64,000 bases of DNA from Octopus sinensis. Lineage: Eukaryota. The translations under genes were made by a program, and so were the position numbers. This document shows positions 26,411 to 37,982 of the stretch, one piece after another; the stretch's first letter is position 1, and every line of letters begins with the position of its first letter. The notes under the pieces are model-generated. The model searched no databases, was not told the origin of the DNA, and worked only from the letters and a program-made list of their open reading frames with translations. The stretch covers positions 50,282,001 to 50,346,000 of the forward strand of contig NC_043001.1 in assembly GCF_006345805.1 (NCBI RefSeq), read 5' to 3'.

Positions 26411-26980
26411 AATGCCCTGATGCAGTACCAGGCAGTGGTTCTCATGGCTTCTGCTCATGGCTTCTGATCTTAACTGATTGGAAGTGTTATCATGTACATT
26501 GTTTTGTCTTGGTATAAAAGATGGGCTACAGCAAATATTCTGCTCAATACCACAGATTTGCTTGTCAGTTGTTTGACCTTAACCAGTTGAGCATGTCCCT
26601 TAGTGGTTGACGATATGTGCATCTCTGATCACGAGCAGAAGTAGTGGGGGAGCATCATAGCCATGTGTTGAGAGGGATTCTTTGGGGTTTGAATAATTCA
26701 CTTCTGGAAACATGGGTGGTTCTTTCAACATCCTTAAACAACCCTTATTCAGGGACCTTTTGAGCGGGATGGGCTACTCAACCCGAAGAAATTTCTAACT
26801 GGGCCCCACCTGCAAGATCATGTGCTGTTTATCTTGATATGAGATCACCATGTCGCGCACATATGGTTGTGATGCATGTGCCTGGTGTACCCTTATCAGA
26901 CGGGTAGTCATGATGGGTATATTGGGCTTCGTATATTTTACCCCAGTGTCACTTTGATGGCATGAACTGCTCTCTCACTC
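26411..26980 (+). mobile_element. Longest (~570 bp) copy of the non-coding (AAT)n-associated retroposon
   Basis: Starts aatgccctgatgcagtaccaggcagtgg and ends gaactgctctctcactc(AAT)n; no meaningful ORF. Confidence 0.75.
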
Positions 26981-27062
26981 AATAATAATAATTATAATAA
27001 TAATAATGATAATAATAATGATGATGATAATGATAATAATGATAATAATAATAATAATAATG

Positions 27063-27113
<51 letters not shown>

Positions 27114-27220
27114 GCATGTGCCTGGTGTACCTTTATCAGACGGGTAGTCATGATGGGTATATTGGGCTTCGTATATTTTACCCCAGTGTCACTTTGATGG
27201 CATGAACTGCTCTCTCACTC
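27114..27220 (+). mobile_element. 107-bp 3'-only copy of the non-coding retroposon
   Basis: Matches the terminal 107 bp of 26411-26980; embedded in (AAT)n. Confidence 0.75.
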
Positions 27221-27282
27221 AATGATAATAATAATAATAATAATAATAATGATTATAATAATAATAATGATAATAATAATAA

Positions 27283-27540
27283 CTCCAGAAAACTGCACCG
27301 CCTCTGTGAAAAAACTATAGCTTATACACGGACCTTGAAAAGGGGGTATCAAATATGTGACATCTAATTAAGAGAACTATACTTGTAACCTTAGGCACTT
27401 CAGTTAAAAATCAAATGGTTCTCTTAAATTCTATAATTAAATTCCAGAAAAGTATAAAGTGTCAGAACTTCAAAATATTGTTCTTATTCGTATAGTCCGC
27501 ATTCTAAGAAAAACACCATCGACCTGAGAATATTTGAATT
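27283..27540 (+). mobile_element. Degenerate R4-like 3' end fragment
   Basis: ELQNIVLIRIVRILRKT-like terminus resembling the other R4 3' ends; follows (AAT)n. Confidence 0.5.
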
Positions 27541-27611
27541 TCTTAAAATCTTTCAAAATCGCAAATATCACAACAAACATATAATGGCATCTAATCTTCA
27601 GTATCTCTCTC

Positions 27612-28017
27612 TTTACTCTTTTACTCTTTTACTTGTTTCAGTCATTTGACTGCGGCCATGCTGGAGCACCGCCTTTAGTCGAGCAACTCGACCCCGGGAC
27701 TTATTCTTTGTAAGTCCAGTACTTATTCTATCGGTCTCTTTTGCCGAACCGCTAAGTAATGGGGACGTAAACACACCAGCATCGGTTGTCAAGCAATGCT
27801 AGGGGGACAGACACAGACACACAAACACACATACATATATATACATATATACGACAGGCTTCTTTCAGTTTCCGTCTACCAAATCCACTCACAAGGCATT
27901 GGTCGGCCCGGGGCTATAGCAGAAGACACTTGCCCAAGATGCCACGCAGTAGGACTGAACCCGGAACCATGTGGCTGGTTAGCATGCTACTTACCACACA
28001 GCCACTCCTGCGCCTAT
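27612..28017 (-). mobile_element. tRNA-derived SINE, family B (ggcgcaggagtggctgtgtggtaag head, internal CA/TA tract)
   Basis: Reverse complement of 63593-64000; related copies at 40045 and 52130. Confidence 0.85.
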
Positions 28018-29050
28018 AGTTACCTTTGCCTGAAATTTATCCGTGTTACTTAAATAACACACAAATAACACAATGAAACGTCTAAATTATTGTTCTTTGA
28101 GATGTCTGAATGAGACTTAGAACAGTTCGTACAAAATAAATCAACAACAACAACGAAAAACAACAATAATAATAATCGTTATTTATTAACAATAAGAACT
28201 GAGAGAAATGCAACAAAATTCAAAGAAAATTCAAAAGATGGAAGATACAAAAATTACAATAATGTACTCATATAAAGTTTAAAAGTCTTCTTGTGTTAAT
28301 TAGGGTACGCCATGTTTCTGATGACGTATCTCCGCAACTAACTTCCTGTATTGTTTTTAGCTGAAGATTTCAGCATCTTCGGTGAGGGACTCTTGGGTTA
28401 TAGTAGACAATTCAGGTCGCACGTCTTGTGCTATCTAAAACCGATCCCATTTCTTTGTCTATATCTACTTTAAGCAGTATACTAAATCATTGTTAGCCTT
28501 ACGAAAGAATATGTATTTCATTTTGTTCAAGCTCATTAACTTTATCTATTTATATTGCATTGGGTCTTTCGAAGAAGTGTGCATGTGTCTTTTTGTCAGC
28601 TTCTCATCACTAGCTTCTTTAGTACATGATCATGTACTGCTGTGAAGGACTGCTTGTAGGTCACTTCTCTTCGCTATTGTTGTTGTTGTCATTGGGAGTG
28701 ATTCATTTTTGTTCACGTCAGGGCCAAAGAGTTTGATCGTGGCAGTGAGGATTATGTAATTTTGTTTGTCGAACCACGGATTATAGCTATTGTGGAGTTT
28801 TGACCAGCAACCCCTCCATGCTTTGCTCACTTATTTCTGGATTTTTCTTTTTTTTTTACTGCTAGCCTTGATTCCGTGATTTGAAAGAACAGTGTTGATA
28901 TCAAGGAAAAGCCCAGACAGACCATAGAGTGTGACCTATGAATCATCCCAGTGTGCCACCCTTCCTCAAACATTTTTGAGATATCACGAGCGATGGCCTT
29001 AGCTTCACTAGAAGAGTTAAATAAACGACTGAAATGTTTTGATATTACAA

Positions 29051-29345
29051 GGGCGGTGAGCTGGCAGAAACGTTAGCACGCTGGGTGAAATGCTTCGCGG
29101 TTTTTTCGTCTGCCGTTACGTTCTGAGTTCAAATTCCACCGAGGTCGACTTTGCCTTTCATCCTTTCGGGGTCGATAAATTAAGTACCAGTTACTCACTG
29201 GAGTCGATATAATCGACTTAATCCGTTTGTCTGTCCTTGTTTATCCCCTCTGTGTGTAGCCCCTTGTGGGCAGTAAAGAAATAAGAAACGTTAGCACGCC
29301 GGGCGAAATTCTTAGTAGTATTTCGTCTGTCTTTACGTTCTGAGT
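29051..29345 (+). mobile_element. SINE family A plus start of a second unit
   Basis: Matches the 22153 copy; second unit from ~29285 ends at a microsatellite. Confidence 0.85.
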
Positions 29346-29641
29346 ATGTATGTATGTATGCATGTATGTATGTATGTATGTATGTATGCATGCATGCATG
29401 CATGTATGCATGCATGCATGTATGTATGTATGCATGTATGCGTGCATGCGTGTATGCATGCATGCGTGTATGCGTGTATGTATGTATGTATGTATGTGCG
29501 TGCATGCGTGCGCGTATGTATGTTTGTGTGTGTGTGTGCGTGCGTGTGTGTGTGTATGTGTGTGTGTGTTTGTGTGTGTGTGTGTTGTGTGTGTGTGTGT
29601 GTGTGTGTTTGGTGTGTGTGTGTGGTGTGTGTGTGTGTGTG

Positions 29642-29676
<35 letters not shown>
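29346..29676. repeat. Compound microsatellite (TATG)n-(TGCA)n-(TG)n
   Basis: Visible graded repeat. Confidence 0.95.
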
Positions 29677-29759
29677 GGCAATCGTCATACATAACTGATG
29701 ATTGCCAACACGATTTCGAGTAGAGCTATTGCTTGATTTCTTTATTCCCATAGAATATC

Positions 29760-32375
29760 ATCAACGTGCTGCATGAATATGGCTTTTGAGGCCTGCCAAA
29801 GACTTGCATGCTTTTTGACAATTAGTACAAGACAACTTGGTGATTGTATAGTTTACAGCTCCACGAACTTTACTATGCCTTTTCAAGTCACTTTTTGATC
29901 TGCATACTTTATGATAGTGGATGCATTCGTCCAACTGTAATCAATGTACGGCAGTGCAATGTATGATTTCATATGGCTCTTTAACCCAGCCTTACTGAGA
30001 CAAACCTTTCCATATTCATCACATGTAAGATCATCACGTTCATTAATGCATGTTAGAACATCATTCCTGTCACTTTTTCTCATCTTCCTTTTGATCTTTG
30101 CATGCTCCATTCTTTTCCTTTCAAATTCATTTTTGCCTTCATACACAACTTTTTCCCATTTTTCTCAGCAATGCGCTAAATCTTCCCAGTTGTCAGTTGG
30201 AACATTTATCTTATTCAGTCCCAACTTCAGACAATCTTTGTACCTAATCTTTGGTTTGTTGGACGGACGCTTACCTGTCACCAATTCTCCGTAAAAAAGT
30301 TGTTTAGGCATTCCGTTGTCTGTCGTTCTAAGTGTCTACTTAATCTCAATCTGTACAGCAATAGCAAAGCTTCAATATTGAAGTATTTCATTCTTCCAAG
30401 CACCTCATCGTATCTCACAAATATTTTCCAGCTGATCCTCAAAATCCTTCTAAGACATTGTTGATGAAAACGTTCCATAAGTTTTAAGTGCTTACGATGC
30501 ACAGTTCAGGTTTCGCAAGCATAAAATAAAGAGGCTAAGATACATGTACTGTATATCTTAATCTTTGTCGCAATGGAAATACCATGTCTAGACCATAGGC
30601 GGTCTTCCAGTTTGCTAAAAGCAAAACTGGCTTTCTGAATGCGTAGTGACACTTCATCATCAAGATTCGCTGATGTGTTTAGAGTGCTTCCTAAATAAAC
30701 AAACTTAGAAACCACAGCAAGTTTTCTTCCATACACGAAGATACTAGGTTCTATGTATGGCATTCCTGGTGCTAGCTGAAACATGACAACAGTTTTGCTT
30801 ATATTTATGGTTCAGCCAAGTACCTCACATGCGATTGAAATTGTATTCATAAGATTTTACTTGTCATCCTCAGTATGAATGACAATATCACAATCTGCAT
30901 AGAGGAGGTATCTAATAAGAGTTGAGGACGTCCTTGACTTAGCTGACAGTCTTTTGATGTTAAAGATTTTTCCAGTTGTGCGATATCTGATATATATGCT
31001 TTCATAGGAACCTTTGAAAGCCAGTTGAAAAACTATAGTAAATTGGAGGGTGAAGAGAGTGGGTGCTAGTATGTCACCTTGTTTTACTCCATTCATGACA
31101 GAAATGGGCTCCGAGAGCTTTCCACCAATGTTGATCCTTACTTCCATGTCATCGAAACTGCTTCAAGACTTACCTCAAAGTCTCCACAAGATCTCCTCAA
31201 GATCTCCCACAAGGCAGTTCGATTGACAGAGTCAAAAGCCTTAGTAAGATTAATGAATACTTGATAAATTCCTGTTCCATACACTCTTCCTGTAATTGCC
31301 GTGCAGAGAAGATCTTGTCAACAGTACCCCTACCATTTCTGAATTCCCTCTGTGATTCAGAAAGAGTCTCATTTGCCACATACATCTGCAGCCTGTCCAA
31401 CATTATTTGTGATAAAACTTTGCCGGTTGTAGCAAGCAGGCAAATACCACGAAAGTTATGGCATTCATCTTTTTGTCCCTTACTCTTGAACACAACTTCC
31501 ATGACTGCACCCTTCCATTCTTTTAGCTTAACTTCATTTTTCCATATCTTCTGTATTACTGCTGTCAGCATTTCTAGCAAGTAGTACCCCCACTCCCAAA
31601 CTTAAATAGTTCTACATTCAGGCTATCAACTCCTGGTGCTTTGCCATTGTTCAGCTTTGGTACTGCTTGTACTGTTTCCTACTGCTTCCTCCATTGACGG
31701 AGTGTCATCTAAGCACCCAATAGGTGCATTCTGTGGAATCATATCAATACATTTTTCATCAACAACTGATGGTCGATTCAGAAGTTCATTGAAATGTTCC
31801 TCCCATCGTTTCAAGATGTCTTTGGGCTCCCTCAATAAAACACTATTCCTATTCTTCACATGAGCCAAAGTAGGACATGATGGCCCATACACATCAAAAG
31901 GAGAGTATATAATAACTTAGTGTCTTAGCATGCTTCGAATCTTTCATTGCACATCTGCTTTTATCTCTTTAAAAAAAGTTCTGTTTTGATCAGAATCATT
32001 TGCTGGTAATGAATACAATGCCTTTCTTTTTACTTCCAATAAATGTTGAATATTTCCATCACTTTCATCAAACCAATCTTGATTGTTCTTTCTTCCTAAA
32101 GCTTCTTTACGTAAATTGTATAGTTGTCCTCTGAAGTCCATCCACTCATTTGGCTAATCCGAATTTTCGATTTTCTGATGAAATTCTACTCTAACTGTTT
32201 CATCCTTAAGGAGATTCACATTCAGACGTTTAGGGATGCCAGCGCCACTTTGTCTAATTTTTGGTTTCACTTTAAACTTGATCTTCCCACGAACCAAGCG
32301 ATGATCTGTCCAATATTCTGCTCCCCGCATGACCCAGATTATACAGAAATATCTCTTATTTTGCTTTCTAGTTAT
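29760..32375 (-). mobile_element. Degenerate RTE-clade LINE
   Basis: TDHRLV, KNNQDWFDE, KGQKDECHNFRGICLL, FRNGRGTVD, NGVKQGDILAPTLF, LLYADCD, FHQQCLRRILRISW and KYKDCLK-like pieces with many disablements. Confidence 0.85.
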
Positions 32376-32428
32376 CATATTATTCATAAAAATTCATTAA
32401 AAAATACACACAAGAATACGCACACATA

Positions 32429-32479
<51 letters not shown>

Positions 32480-32738
32480 CACATAAAATACACCCACACA
32501 ACTTTACATACTTAATTGGATGGTCGTTGATTCTTCTGAGTTCTTCTACCCTTTGACGGGTTTTGTTTTTTTATACTGCAGGGTGTCCAACAGCCACTCT
32601 CCTCACCAAGTAAGCTTGGTGGGGTTGCCGGTTTAGTCACCGACGACTTGATCATGCAACAGGTTGTACTGGGTTACATGTTACCAGTAGCACATAAGAG
32701 CGACTTGACATACATACATACATACATACATACATACA

Positions 32739-32769
<31 letters not shown>

Positions 32770-32917
32770 GTGAGTGTTTGTGTGTACGTGTGTGTGCGTG
32801 CGTGTGTGTCCGTCCGGTGTCTGCACTAGTTTTACTTATTAAAATAGTTAAAGATTCTTATAAGGGATTATTTTTAGGCGAATGCTAAAAATTTTATAAA
32901 CTGCTCTTTGATATATT

Positions 32918-35128
32918 TCATTCTTCAAATACATTAATTGTCTCAATAATTTCACTTAACTGGAATATATCAAAATGAAATTTAGTATTAATTATCGACA
33001 ACAATTTTGGTATCATAGACGTCATCAACAATAATGCAATCTTTGTGGATGTTGATAGGTCCAATTCTTTTTGACTTATTATATTGTTACAAGCAAAGAA
33101 AAAAGATACGATCAGAAAAAATTTTACAATGGATTTACCAATCTCGTATCTCAAAGGATAATGATTGTTAATGATTACTTTGAACAGTTTGGTATTAATG
33201 AATTCCTCTCCATATTTTGACTGAACTAAACTTGGACGAACAATTTTGGTTAGCTTTATAGTTTCAAGTAGGATAAGGTGGTACTGTTTCAGCATAGCAT
33301 TCATAACAGCAGAACCGTAGACGATAAACATGGCAACAAACCATACATCACCAACAGCAAAAGGTTTAGCAAGCATTGCAATAGCTATTGTAAATATATA
33401 ATGACAAATGATTTGAAAACTCAATAGAAATACGTAGCTTGAAAAAAGTACCCATAATGTAAAAAATGGAAACGATATAAACGATAGAATTACAGCAATA
33501 ATCATTGAAGAATAATTATTTTTTACATACAGAGAGAAAATATATACTTTGAAGTAACTTAACGGTAATGTGAAAATCAAATAAACAGTTGGAATTCCGT
33601 AATAAACGAGGCACAGAAGTAGTTCACAGATAGAAAATACAGCAAATAAAATTGTAATCGCAATATAGATCCAAAGTAATATGAATTGGTTAAAAATATT
33701 TCTCTCGTAGTAATAAAACCAAATTTTTTGTAAACGTTTAATCCAAGTACATATTATTAAACGCCAGAAATTTGGATTTAAAGCAGTAGAAATGTTAGCC
33801 TTCATGATTGCATAAAGTAGATCATAATTTTGAAGTGTAGAAACATTTAAATTCCCATAGTTGTTTAATAATTTAATATTTTGAATGAGAAACGTACAAG
33901 TGGATCTTTGATGTAATGTACTATAAGCGACAGTCTCACTTAACCGACTGGGAAGAATGAAGACAATGCAGCTTAAAAATATGTATCCAATAAAAATAAC
34001 TAAGGGACCCCCGAAAAAACCATCTGTATTTTCATAGCTTTCTGAGATTCCTAGTATTAAGGCGCGATAACCCAATGGAATATGATCATATAAAAGTATT
34101 GTCACCGTTTCATATAAAAAAAAATAATGCATTAAAATATCCAAGAAAATAACTGAAAGAGAAAACAGAATAAGAATGAATCTTCTTAATCTTGAAGCAA
34201 AGAACGTGGATTGGTGAAAACAAAATAACCAAGATACAAAATGAGAGAAACTGTAAATGCTATGTTTTTCATTGATCCATTCTGATTTGTAAGGTAAGGT
34301 ATATTTAATTCTAAATAAAAATTCATCGTGAGCGAACTGAACTAGATTGAACTGACGGGAATATGATGGTATTTCAGCTTTTGATGTAAAACGAATAAAC
34401 AATGGGGAAAATGCCCACAACACTGCTCCGACGATATTTGCATAATTAGAAAACGAACTGTTTTCAATATTTCCAGAACAAATGGATTTCCCTTGATAAA
34501 CATAGCTTTCTTTTTTATGTACTTCACAGCAGTATTTCTTCAATATCTTTCGATTCATACCCAATCTTCTGTAAGCTAGAAGCGCATTAGGACTGTTCTT
34601 CTTCAAATCGTGTAACAAACTGATAAAAAAACACATGTATCCAGATTCTCCCATTTGCAATTCATCGGTAAATACAATTCTCTTCAGTCCCTCGAAAATC
34701 AAATGTATTACATCGTTTCTATGAATATTTTGTTTTGCACATTTTATATCGATATTGATGCTTGGAGTAGCGATATAAGCATCTAATAAATTAAGAGAGT
34801 AAACTGAAAAGTCATAGCCGACATTTTTATACGCTTTTAAACCGTCAGGTTTATTTGGAATCCACGAGAAATGCCTAGCATTTGCAAAATAATTCAATGG
34901 TACAGGCTTCAGAAGGCCATCAAGTCTTTTATCAGATATATGGACTTCAAAATTGAAAACCTTTCTGCCTGATTTTAATAAACGAGTTAATATGTTGCTG
35001 ACATTGGGAGAAATTGTAGTTGTACAATTATGTCCGAGTTCTTTCGCATCTACTTTTAGCGATGTCAGTGTGGTAATAAGGGTGATTGAAAGAATAAGAA
35101 GACTGGTTGCTGTTGTTGTTATCTGCAT
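32918..35128 (-). CDS. Paralog 2: ~736-aa signal peptide + Cys-containing ectodomain + ~9-10 TM protein, unknown function
   Basis: Uninterrupted ORF. The likely start is the ATG at 35128 (gccATG, aligns with paralog 3 start, followed by a hydrophobic signal-like stretch), not the ORF-track start at 35176, which lies in a polypyrimidine tract. Colinear with paralog 3 over the full length. Confidence 0.88.
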   Translation of the reverse strand: MQITTTATSLLILSITLITTLTSLKVDAKELGHNCTTTISPNVSNILTRLLKSGRKVFNFEVHISDKRLDGLLKPVPLNYFANARHFSWIPNKPDGLKAYKNVGYDFSVYSLNLLDAYIATPSINIDIKCAKQNIHRNDVIHLIFEGLKRIVFTDELQMGESGYMCFFISLLHDLKKNSPNALLAYRRLGMNRKILKKYCCEVHKKESYVYQGKSICSGNIENSSFSNYANIVGAVLWAFSPLFIRFTSKAEIPSYSRQFNLVQFAHDEFLFRIKYTLPYKSEWINEKHSIYSFSHFVSWLFCFHQSTFFASRLRRFILILFSLSVIFLDILMHYFFLYETVTILLYDHIPLGYRALILGISESYENTDGFFGGPLVIFIGYIFLSCIVFILPSRLSETVAYSTLHQRSTCTFLIQNIKLLNNYGNLNVSTLQNYDLLYAIMKANISTALNPNFWRLIICTWIKRLQKIWFYYYERNIFNQFILLWIYIAITILFAVFSICELLLCLVYYGIPTVYLIFTLPLSYFKVYIFSLYVKNNYSSMIIAVILSFISFPFFTLWVLFSSYVFLLSFQIICHYIFTIAIAMLAKPFAVGDVWFVAMFIVYGSAVMNAMLKQYHLILLETIKLTKIVRPSLVQSKYGEEFINTKLFKVIINNHYPLRYEIGKSIVKFFLIVSFFFACNNIISQKELDLSTSTKIALLLMTSMIPKLLSIINTKFHFDIFQLSEIIETINVFEE

Positions 35129-35146
35129 GGCAGCAATATTAAGTTG

Positions 35147-35165
35147 TCTGTAAATAAAAAAAAAT
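35147..35165 (-). promoter_or_regulatory. Putative splice acceptor upstream of paralog 2 start
   Basis: Minus strand tttttttatttacag|acaac; AG ends 19 nt before the ATG; same motif and spacing in paralog 3. Confidence 0.65.
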
Positions 35166-35339
35166 AGAACATACATAACAACAAGGTTTCATTTCAGTTT
35201 CATTTGAAATGAAGAATATTTCTATAGCCGATTTCTTGGAATTAGAAGGCTTTTTTAAGTAGAAAAAAATCTTTCAAATTGTGGTGATAACTTCGATAAA
35301 GACATATACACAATCCGATGATACTTAACAGCTCCACAT

Positions 35340-37740
35340 GAAATTCATTGACTGACGTCAGCAAAACTGCCATAACTATCGAAAATAAACACAACTCTAT
35401 CAACGTCTTGGACGTTAACCTCAATCTAGAAACAGGGATATATAAACCCTACCATAAACCGAATACCAACCTAAGATACACTAGCATAAATAGTAACCAT
35501 CCAAGAAGCATTACACAAGGACTAGTTGAAGATATATTAAAAAAGATTTTAAATCTCTCGACAAATGAGGACTTTTAAAAAATAGAATATGGACTATTAT
35601 GACATAGTACTAAATAAAGCAGGATACAAGCAAACATTAGAATGCCATGGACCAAAGGATAACTCTAACAATAGGAACTATATCCATGAAGTAAGATACA
35701 AGCAAAAATACTATTAACCAAACGTAAATTCTAATAAGAACTATGCACAAAACGATATTCACAATAATGAAATTAGAATAAAGGAAAATAAACATAAGGA
35801 ATAAATGAATACAGATGGAATTCTATATAAAATAGATGAGAATAATATAAGAATAAACATCAAGAAACAAATAGAAGGTATAAGTGAACCAAAAACAAAT
35901 AACAAGGATAGAAACGCTAAGGAACTAATAAAATTTAAAGATAATAGAAAGAAGGCTAAAAATAAAATATAATAATGAAAATTGTGACTATTTAAGTGAA
36001 AACCTAAATAGGATAAAATAACAAAAGGTAGTAATTGAAAACCTAAACGGTAATATGCATAGCAATTCTGTTAAACATTACACCCCATGTATAAAAGTAA
36101 TTAACTGCAGGAAATTTACTCTAAAAGGAATTACTTTGAAACTAATATACCGTAAATCCTCGAGTATAATCCGCATTATTTTCCCAAAATTTAATGGTCA
36201 AAATCCCTAGTGCGTACTATATACGAGATTTAAAATGAAAGTTATTTTCTAAGCAATGTCCGAGTCTCTATTTGCTGTCCGGCAATGTTTATTTAGACGC
36301 ATTTTGAAATGTCGGGCGCGAAAATACCTTAAGCTAAGTCTGAAAGCAATGAAGTCATAAAAGAATCATTCACAACTTGCAGTAAGCAACATTTATTAAA
36401 CGTTATTACTGTTATTACTGTTATTTCTTTATTTTCTGCAAACAAAATGCACAACAAAGTTACACGTTTGCATTATGTTATACGTACAATAATAATAAAG
36501 GACGTTACCGTATACATTTTTACAAACAAAGGACATTATATAGACCTCCTTGACTCAAGTTAGAGAAGGAGTGCGTATTATACACAAGGCTAAGGTTTTT
36601 CAGAAGTACGGCCCCTAAAAATCCCCTGCGTATTATACTCAAGGGTGGACTATACTCGAGGATTTACAGTAGTATAGTTCATAATACCATTTGCCGAACA
36701 AATTATAACCAATATAGGGAAATTATTTTACAAAGCCGTAGCCAAACATTTTCAAAGGAAAACAAATATCACAAAATAATAAACTCACACAAATTAAGGG
36801 CGAGTTTCTGCGTTTCAAAAAACATTGCACAAATTATGTCTACTCTAAATACTAAAAAATTAAATAATTTCTTCAATAATAGGAGTAAGGAAAATACAAA
36901 TGATTTACTTAACGGCCAGAATTACAAAGACCATAGCGATAGTAAGAAATACACAATAAACGAAGCAAGGGAAATAACCCTTAACATCTCCTCACTAAGA
37001 CCGAAAAATGTAAACTTGCAGCCTACAAAAAGGAGAGTAAAAATGTAATAATAATAACAAAAATTATAATAAAAACATCAATACAAATAATTGAAATATA
37101 TGCGCTGATACTTATAGTAGCAACAACGAGCATAGAATGAGCTACAATATAAATATTAAGATGAATAAGATAAGGAAAGAAGAAGATAATAAGTCTTTAG
37201 CTAAGACTCATAACACAAGAAATAAACATAAAGAAATTAACTCTGAAAACGGGAAAAATAGGCATAACATTAGTAGTAAGGAAACAGTGAAGTTCCTGAA
37301 AATAAAACCATCTGTGATTGTTCCAATAACAACAGATGGCCATTAAAAAATTTTTGTAGTGAAAAATGTATAATATATAGGTGTAAAGTAACGTCGGAGG
37401 GCCAGGGTTACTACTATATAGGTTCCACGGAAAAGTATATAAAAAGTATGATAGCCAACCATAAAAGCACCTTTAGGGATAAGAGGTAAGAATCTAGCAC
37501 TAGTTCAAGTAGATTAATTTGGGAAATTAAGGAAAAATATAAAGAATATACTCTGAAGTGGGAAGTAATTAGCAGGGCAAAATCTTAAAGTATTGGAAGC
37601 GAGAGATGTGACTTTTGCGTTGAGGAAATTTTCCAGATCATTACATCCAAGGACAAATTAAACAACAGCAAAAGAGACAGAGGTTTTTGTTGCTTACATA
37701 GAATTAAATATACGTATAATAAATTCAAATAAATAAAATT
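35340..37740 (+). mobile_element. Degenerate Penelope-like element (RT C-terminus + GIY-YIG)
   Basis: INVLDVNLNLETGIYKPYHKPNTNL...SNHP motif near 35400; IYRCKV..YYYIGSTE..NHKSTF..LKWEVI..CDFCVEE near 37370-37640. Confidence 0.8.
36150..36669. mobile_element. 520-bp pogo/Tigger-like MITE
   Basis: TIRs ccgtaaatcctcgagtata / tatactcgaggatttacag (1 mismatch), TA on both sides; inserted in the Penelope element. Confidence 0.85.
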
Positions 37741-37982
37741 AGATAGACATTATAGGAATAGACATACGTCTAGTAATTCCAAATAAATATAATTAAATCG
37801 ACATTAAGTAAATAAATATCTAGAACTAATAATACTATATTAATCAAATAGAGAATACACGTTGAAACCCTTACTATCAGCTGATGTATCAAAATAAATA
37901 ATTTAACTATTATATTAAATAAATGAGGGATAGAGAACTTGTTATATTCATAAGGGAAAAGAAATATATGTATATATATATA

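Noticed and set aside
12561-27220. Regularly recurring repeats suggestive of a CRISPR-like array
   Set aside because: Eukaryotic context; units are long retroposon copies separated by microsatellites, not short repeats with unique equal-length spacers.
27960-28017. tRNA-like sequences at SINE heads (also 12380-12425, 42380-42435, 63593-63660)
   Set aside because: They continue into shared SINE bodies and lack complete cloverleafs, so they are not tRNA genes.
29218-29751. His/Thr- and Cys/Val-rich ORFs on both strands (also 6577-8279, 38753-39232, 44573-44990, 53847-54077)
   Set aside because: Translations of CA/TG/TATC microsatellites with no coding signal.
32918-35176. Paralogs as cephalopod chemotactile (Cys-loop) receptors or as GPCRs
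   Set aside because: No Cys-loop signature or 4-TM layout, more than 7 hydrophobic segments, and no recognisable GPCR motifs.
35129-35176. ORF-track N-terminal extension MYVLFFFIYRQLNIAA of paralog 2
   Set aside because: It overlaps a polypyrimidine tract and acceptor shared with paralog 3, whose ATG aligns with 35128.
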